Source: Candidatus Omnitrophota bacterium
Lineage (GTDB): Bacteria > Omnitrophota > Gorgyraeia > Zapsychrales > Zapsychraceae
Length of the DNA: 64,000 nt
Direction: 5' to 3'
Assembly (NCBI GenBank): GCA_050250375.1
Contig: JBFWOS010000001.1
Location: 219,346-283,345 of the forward strand
The position numbers and the translations under genes were made by a program. Of the stretch, positions 58,802 through 64,000 are shown piece by piece (the first letter of the stretch is position 1; each line of letters begins with the position of its first letter). A model generated the notes under the pieces. That model searched no databases, was not told the DNA's origin, and was given only the letters and a program-made list of their open reading frames with translations.

Positions 58802-59215
58802 TTAAACCAGGGCTGGAGGGGAACGTCCGCATTCGTAACGCTGGAAGATAAATAAGGAAAGCTTTTGATTAACCGGATTGACCCGCTCCCATGAATCGGG
58901 AATGGGCTGATTTAGAGCGCTTAGATTGGAAATGCCGAACGACTTTTCATGATCATCGGCATTCGTAATTCCCACCAATGTCAGCGGCATTAATAGTCTG
59001 GACGAAACCTGCCACTGATCTCCCCCTGCATCCCCCAGGCCAAAATCTTTAAAAAGAATGCCGGAGATATTGGAAGCCAGGATCAGAAAATAAACCCCGA
59101 AGGTAATCAGGGCGATGTTTTTCTTTAAACGTTTTTTAAAATGTAATATTGGTGTGTTCATAGGGTTAATGACCGTCCATCCTGTATCTGATAAATATAC
59201 TCTAAGACGGTCCAA
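58802..59215 (-). CDS. Hypothetical membrane-anchored protein
   Basis: One TM; C-terminal GRSPP motif. Confidence 0.4.
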   Translation of the reverse strand: MDRLRVYLSDTGWTVINPMNTPILHFKKRLKKNIALITFGVYFLILASNISGILFKDFGLGDAGGDQWQVSSRLLMPLTLVGITNADDHEKSFGISNLSALNQPIPDSWERVNPVNQKLSLFIFQRYECGRSPPALV

Positions 59216-59250
59216 AGGTCAATGCCGGAACAAACTATCTATCGTCGCGG

Positions 59251-62200
59251 TCAATCCGCGCGGACGTCCCAGCTGCCGCCGATTGCCTTGATCAGCTGGA
59301 CCGCTGAGATCAGCCGCTGGGCCACGATCTGTGTGGCCTGCAGTTCCGCATCCAAACGGGAACGTTCGGCATCGATGACTTCAAGAAATGTGACTAATCC
59401 TTCTTTATACCGGGAAATGGAAAGCTCCGCTGTTTGCCGGGAAGACTTAAGGACCTCCTGCTGCGCGACGGCCTGTTCTTTTCTTAACTTTAAATTGCTT
59501 AACGACGTCTCGACCTCTTCAACCGCTTTTAAGACAATCTGTCTGTACTCTTCGACCGTGCGGGTGAAATCAGCCCGGTTCGCCTCCAGGTTGGCCTGGC
59601 CGCGGCCGCCGGTAAGAACCGGGATCGTCACGCTCGGCCCGAAGGACCAGTAATGGCTTTCCCAATCAAACAGATTCCCGAACTCAACGCTCTTAAGCCC
59701 GCCATTGGCGGACAATGTCAGGCGTGGAAAAAAGGCCGCCTCAGCCACGCCGATCCGGGCATTCGCCGCCGCCACAAGCCTCTCAGCCCGCGCGATATCG
59801 GGCCGGCGCTCAAGGAGTTCAGAAGGCAGGATGATCGGGACCCGCGGAACGTCCGTGTTCAGCGCCTCGGGTTCAATCAGAAACTCAGACGGCTGCTGTC
59901 CGCACAAGACAGCCAAAGCATTCTCCAGTTCTTTACGCCGGCGCAGGACATCAATCCTTTCCGCCTTGACCTTGGCCAATTCGGTTTTGGCCCGGTTAAA
60001 GTCCAGTTCACTGGTGACTCCGCCCTGCATCCGTTCATTGACCACGTCAACGGCATACTGCCGCAGTTTGATGGTTTCATCAATGATCTCAACTTCCTTA
60101 TCCAGCTCACGCAATGAAAAATAGTTGATCGCGATATCGGCGCTGAGGATGAGACGGACCGAATGGTACTCGGCAATGCTGGCTTCGGCCTCGGCATGCC
60201 CGGCTTCAAACCCCCGCTTCACCCGTCCCCATAAATCGACTTCATAACTTAAATCCAGCGGCAGCGTATACTGCCTGGACACAAAACTTCCGGAACTGGC
60301 GGAAGATGAATTAAAACTGTTTTTGGTTGAACGTGAACGTTCAAATTCTGTTTCCGATTCCATCACCGGATAAAACTCCGCCCGGTCGATCCTGGCCAGC
60401 GCGCGCGCCTTTTCCACATTAGCCACGGCACTTTTGAGGTCGTGATTGAAATTCAGGGCCGCTTCCTGCAGATCGTTTAATTCCTCGTCCCGGAATACGG
60501 TCCACCAACGGCCGCGGTCCAGATGGTCCTTTGGTTCGGCAATCTTCCATTGGTCGTCTTCTTCAAGACTCCAGCCGTCCGGCATGGAGACCTCAGGACG
60601 TGAAAAATCCGTTCCGACAATCGTCTTGCAGCCAAAGGACGTCAACACCAGCAAGGCAACCACCGAAACCACGGCCTTTTCCGGAAGCGATTTGGCTGAT
60701 TCAATGGTCTTAGTTCGGTTACGGTTGATAAGAACGTACACGGCCGGAATGACAAAAAACGTCAGGAATGTTCCCAGTGTGATCCCTCCGACGGCAGCCA
60801 CACCCAAAGGCCGGCGGCTTTCCGCCCCGGCGCCGAACCCGATCGCGATCGGCAATATCCCGGCAATGGTCGAAAACGCCGTCATCAGGATCGGACGAAA
60901 ACGCATCTTGCCCGCACCCATCATGGCCCGGACCGCGCCCTTCCCTTTTCGCATTTCCTGGTTCGCAAAATCGACCAGAAGAATCCCGTTTTTGGTCACA
61001 ATCCCGACCAGCAGGATAATCCCGATCTGGCTGAACAGGTTGATCCCCATCGCCGGAATGCGCGGCCAGGATTTCAAAAAGCTGTCCGGCCCCGCCGCGA
61101 TGATCATCTGGTCCAAATAATTCAATCCCCACAAACTGGCCAGCGCCCCGAAAAAGGACAACGGCAGGGTGAATAAAATGACAAACGGGTCGGACAGACT
61201 TTCAAACTGGGACGCGAGCACCATGTAAATAATCAGGATGGCCAGCAGAAGGATAAAAAGCATTTCGTTGCCTGTTTCGCGCAGGTCGGATGCTTCACCG
61301 GCCCATTCATAACGAAGTCCTTTTTCATCCAGCTGTTTTAACAGGACTTCGGTTTTCTCAAGGGCTGTCCCCAGAGGAATATTCATCGGGGTCGCTTCAA
61401 TGGTCGCGGACCGCAGACGGTTAAAATGGTTGATTGAACTGGGGCCGCCTCCTGTTTCATATTCAATTAAGTTAATCAACTGGATCAACTGCCCGTCCCG
61501 GTTGTTAATGTACAATTTATCAAGATCCGACGGAGACAATCTGGATTCCCGTTCAAGCTGGACAATGACGTCGTATTCTTTCCCTTCCAGGTTGACCTTT
61601 GAAAGGTCCAGCCCGCCGAATAAAATCTGCAGGACCTTGGAGATATCCTGGATCGAAACGCCCAGGACAGCGGCGCGGTTACGGTTAATCCGGATGCGTA
61701 ATTCCGGTTTATTCAATTCAAATGTTGAGCGGACATTGATCAGGAAACCTTCCTGCCGGAGTTTTTGGCTGAATTCCTCGGCGATGCGGTTCAATTCATT
61801 CAAATCCTGATGCTGCAGGACCAGCTGAAACGGCTGTGAAAATCCGCGGCCGATCGCCTTGGGGATGATCGGGATGACCAGGGCCCCTTCGATATTCATG
61901 AAAAACTGCCCGCTTAACCCTTGCGGCCCGTTGACAATATCACGCACATGGCGTTCACGGTCGGCTTTTAAACGGATAAACGACAAACCCTGCGCCGCCT
62001 GACCGGGCCCGCCTCTGGCGAGCGCAACGGCGGAGAAAAACCCTTCGACTTCCGGTGTCGCGCTGATGATTTCTTCCATCTTGCGGACCATCCGGTTGGT
62101 GTATTCGCTCGTAGACCCCTGCGGGGCGATCGCGATACAGAACAATCGTCCTTTGTCTTCCTCCGGAAGAAATTCATTATCGAGATGTTTATAAAAATAA

Positions 62201-63822
62201 AATGTTCCGGCCATGGCCAGTAGACAGACGACCAGGACCAGATAACTGTATTTGAACACCCAGCGCAACGACTTCACATAACCCTTGCGGCGTCGGAGCA
62301 GCCAGTTCTCAAAATGGATCAGTATCCCCTTTTTCTTATTTTCGTCATGCGGTTTTAAAATCCGGGCACACATCATCGGGGTGAACGTCAGCGCCACAAA
62401 GGAGGAAATAATAACGCTGAAAGAAATGGCGATGGCAAATTCAATAAACAGACGCCCGGTATCGCTGGTCTGAAAGGCCATGGGCAAAAATACGGACACC
62501 AGGGCTACGGTGGTCGCGATGACGGCAAACCCGATTTCATTCATCCCCTGGTAGGCGGCCTTAAACGGCGGCATCCCGTCTTCGATATGCCGGTGGATAT
62601 TTTCAAGGACAATAATCGCGTCGTCAACAACGAGACCGATCGCCAGGACAAACGCCAGCATGGTCACCACATTGATCGAAAAACCGAAGAAATAAAGAAC
62701 ACCGAATGTGGAAATAATCGAAATGGGGATCGTCAGGCTAGGGATCAGCGTTGAACGGACATTATGGAGAAAAATAAAGATAACAAAAACAACCAGCGCA
62801 AACGCCAGCCCCAGCGTAATCCAGACTTCCTTGATTGACTCTTCAATAAAGATCGATTCATCATAAGGGATGTTGTAGGTGATGCCTTCGGGAATGAGCG
62901 GCTTGAGCCGTTCCAGTTCTTTCTTGATGCCGGTCGCGACATCAATAATATTCGCCTTGGATTGTTTGATAACCCCGATACCGACAGCCGGTTTCCCGTT
63001 ATACCTTGCCACTGACCGTTCGTCTTCCACGCCGATTTCGGCAAAACCGATGTCGCTCAGCCGGACCAGGTCATCCCCCTGCCGGGTAATGACAAGGTCA
63101 TTAAATTCTTCCGGTGTTTTCAGCTGTCCTTTGGTTTCGATGGACAATTCCCGCTGCCAGCTCTCCACCCGCCCGCTGGGTAATTCCACGCTCTGTTCGT
63201 TTAACGCGCGTTCAACATCCAGGACCGTCACCCGGTGAGCAGCCATTTTGTCCGAATTGAGACGGATACGGATGGCGAAACGTTTTGACCCTCCGAAGAT
63301 AACCGAACTGACCCCCGGCACGGTCTGCAGGCGGTCTTTAAATAAGTTTTCCGCGATCGTGGTCAGTTCCAGCGTTGAAAAACGTTCGCTGTACAACGCG
63401 ACCCAGATCGACGGGTTGGCGTCGGCATCCTGCTTGGAGACGATCGGCTCTTCGATATCATCCGGCAGTCGCCCGCGCACCCGGGAGATCCGGTCGCGCA
63501 CATCCTGCGCGGCGATGTCAACATCTTCCGACAAATCGAATTCAATCGTGATTGAACTGAGTTGTTCACGGCTTTCGCTGGTGATCTGTTTAATCCCTTC
63601 AACGCTGGTGAGGGCATCTTCCAACGGCTCGGTGATCTGGGTCTCCATGACCGCGGCGCTTGCCCCCGGATAAATGGTCTGCACGTTGATGATCGGCGGA
63701 TCAATGTCGGGAAGTTCGCGGACCGGCAGACGGAACACACCCACCACGCCGAACAGAACTAACAACAGGCTCATCATGGACGCCAGAACCGGGCGCTGAA
63801 TACTGATTTCAGATAATTTCAT
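59251..63822 (-). CDS. RND (AcrB-family) permease fused to NodT/OprM-type outer-membrane factor
   Basis: LVVDDAI, KNGILLV, RFRPILMT; then LTSFGC lipobox, YEVDLWG, PSELLERRPDI, LIKAIGGSW. Confidence 0.88.
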   Translation of the reverse strand: MKLSEISIQRPVLASMMSLLLVLFGVVGVFRLPVRELPDIDPPIINVQTIYPGASAAVMETQITEPLEDALTSVEGIKQITSESREQLSSITIEFDLSEDVDIAAQDVRDRISRVRGRLPDDIEEPIVSKQDADANPSIWVALYSERFSTLELTTIAENLFKDRLQTVPGVSSVIFGGSKRFAIRIRLNSDKMAAHRVTVLDVERALNEQSVELPSGRVESWQRELSIETKGQLKTPEEFNDLVITRQGDDLVRLSDIGFAEIGVEDERSVARYNGKPAVGIGVIKQSKANIIDVATGIKKELERLKPLIPEGITYNIPYDESIFIEESIKEVWITLGLAFALVVFVIFIFLHNVRSTLIPSLTIPISIISTFGVLYFFGFSINVVTMLAFVLAIGLVVDDAIIVLENIHRHIEDGMPPFKAAYQGMNEIGFAVIATTVALVSVFLPMAFQTSDTGRLFIEFAIAISFSVIISSFVALTFTPMMCARILKPHDENKKKGILIHFENWLLRRRKGYVKSLRWVFKYSYLVLVVCLLAMAGTFYFYKHLDNEFLPEEDKGRLFCIAIAPQGSTSEYTNRMVRKMEEIISATPEVEGFFSAVALARGGPGQAAQGLSFIRLKADRERHVRDIVNGPQGLSGQFFMNIEGALVIPIIPKAIGRGFSQPFQLVLQHQDLNELNRIAEEFSQKLRQEGFLINVRSTFELNKPELRIRINRNRAAVLGVSIQDISKVLQILFGGLDLSKVNLEGKEYDVIVQLERESRLSPSDLDKLYINNRDGQLIQLINLIEYETGGGPSSINHFNRLRSATIEATPMNIPLGTALEKTEVLLKQLDEKGLRYEWAGEASDLRETGNEMLFILLLAILIIYMVLASQFESLSDPFVILFTLPLSFFGALASLWGLNYLDQMIIAAGPDSFLKSWPRIPAMGINLFSQIGIILLVGIVTKNGILLVDFANQEMRKGKGAVRAMMGAGKMRFRPILMTAFSTIAGILPIAIGFGAGAESRRPLGVAAVGGITLGTFLTFFVIPAVYVLINRNRTKTIESAKSLPEKAVVSVVALLVLTSFGCKTIVGTDFSRPEVSMPDGWSLEEDDQWKIAEPKDHLDRGRWWTVFRDEELNDLQEAALNFNHDLKSAVANVEKARALARIDRAEFYPVMESETEFERSRSTKNSFNSSSASSGSFVSRQYTLPLDLSYEVDLWGRVKRGFEAGHAEAEASIAEYHSVRLILSADIAINYFSLRELDKEVEIIDETIKLRQYAVDVVNERMQGGVTSELDFNRAKTELAKVKAERIDVLRRRKELENALAVLCGQQPSEFLIEPEALNTDVPRVPIILPSELLERRPDIARAERLVAAANARIGVAEAAFFPRLTLSANGGLKSVEFGNLFDWESHYWSFGPSVTIPVLTGGRGQANLEANRADFTRTVEEYRQIVLKAVEEVETSLSNLKLRKEQAVAQQEVLKSSRQTAELSISRYKEGLVTFLEVIDAERSRLDAELQATQIVAQRLISAVQLIKAIGGSWDVRAD

Positions 63823-64000
63823 AGAATTTTCTTTCTGACGGGTCTTCGAACCGGACCGTGACTTTTGATCCCGGGCCGATTTTCTGGTAACCTTCAATGA
63901 CGATCACTTCGTCTTCTTTGACCCCGGAGATAATTTCAACCATGCCGTCAAACCGTTTCCCGGTCGTGATCCCGCGCAGTTCAACAGCGTCTTCATTCCC
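63809..64000 (-). CDS. RND membrane fusion protein, C-terminal fragment
   Basis: ITTGKRFDGMVEIISGVKEDEVIVIEGYQKIGPGSKV; overlaps the RND start. Confidence 0.85.
   Translation of the reverse strand, partial: GNEDAVELRGITTGKRFDGMVEIISGVKEDEVIVIEGYQKIGPGSKVTVRFEDPSERKFYEII

Noticed and set aside
63823-63897. N-terminal extension of the RND ORF
   Set aside because: Lies inside the upstream MFP gene; ATG 63822 matches typical RND starts.

Overview
Bacterial chromosomal window, mostly minus-strand genes, with mid-GC core genes and AT-rich accessory stretches. Gene content (ORF6N paralogs, DUF1016-SNase fusion, PEP-CTERM, TMTC-like proteins, rpoZ type) suggests a PVC-superphylum diderm such as Omnitrophota; this is inference only. 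Left to right: (1) a Pro/Asn/Ser repeat protein and a TPR-beta-barrel; (2) a 3.9-8.1 kb cold-adaptation-like cluster (three CSD proteins, IF-1, RRM protein, RNAP omega-like, LpxD, fatty-acid desaturase, plus two unannotated 48-aa CCCH zinc-finger paralogs); (3) glycosylation, ABC and ndh genes and three ORF6N paralogs sharing a leader motif; (4) a 19.7-35.9 kb run of co-oriented, unrelated genes separated by GGGAC...GTCCC hairpin elements, including a SIR2 + 1087-aa pair, a cyclase-like gene and a DUF1016-SNase gene; (5) a fluoride riboswitch with crcB; (6) a 39.6-50.8 kb array of cargo genes, each preceded by a tRNA-3'-like scar plus terminator hairpin, anchored on (7) a tRNA-Asn(GUU) split at 35/36 by a group I intron carrying an HNH ORF; (8) membrane and envelope genes and an RND-outer membrane factor fusion. 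All calls come from reading motifs by eye; no searches were run.
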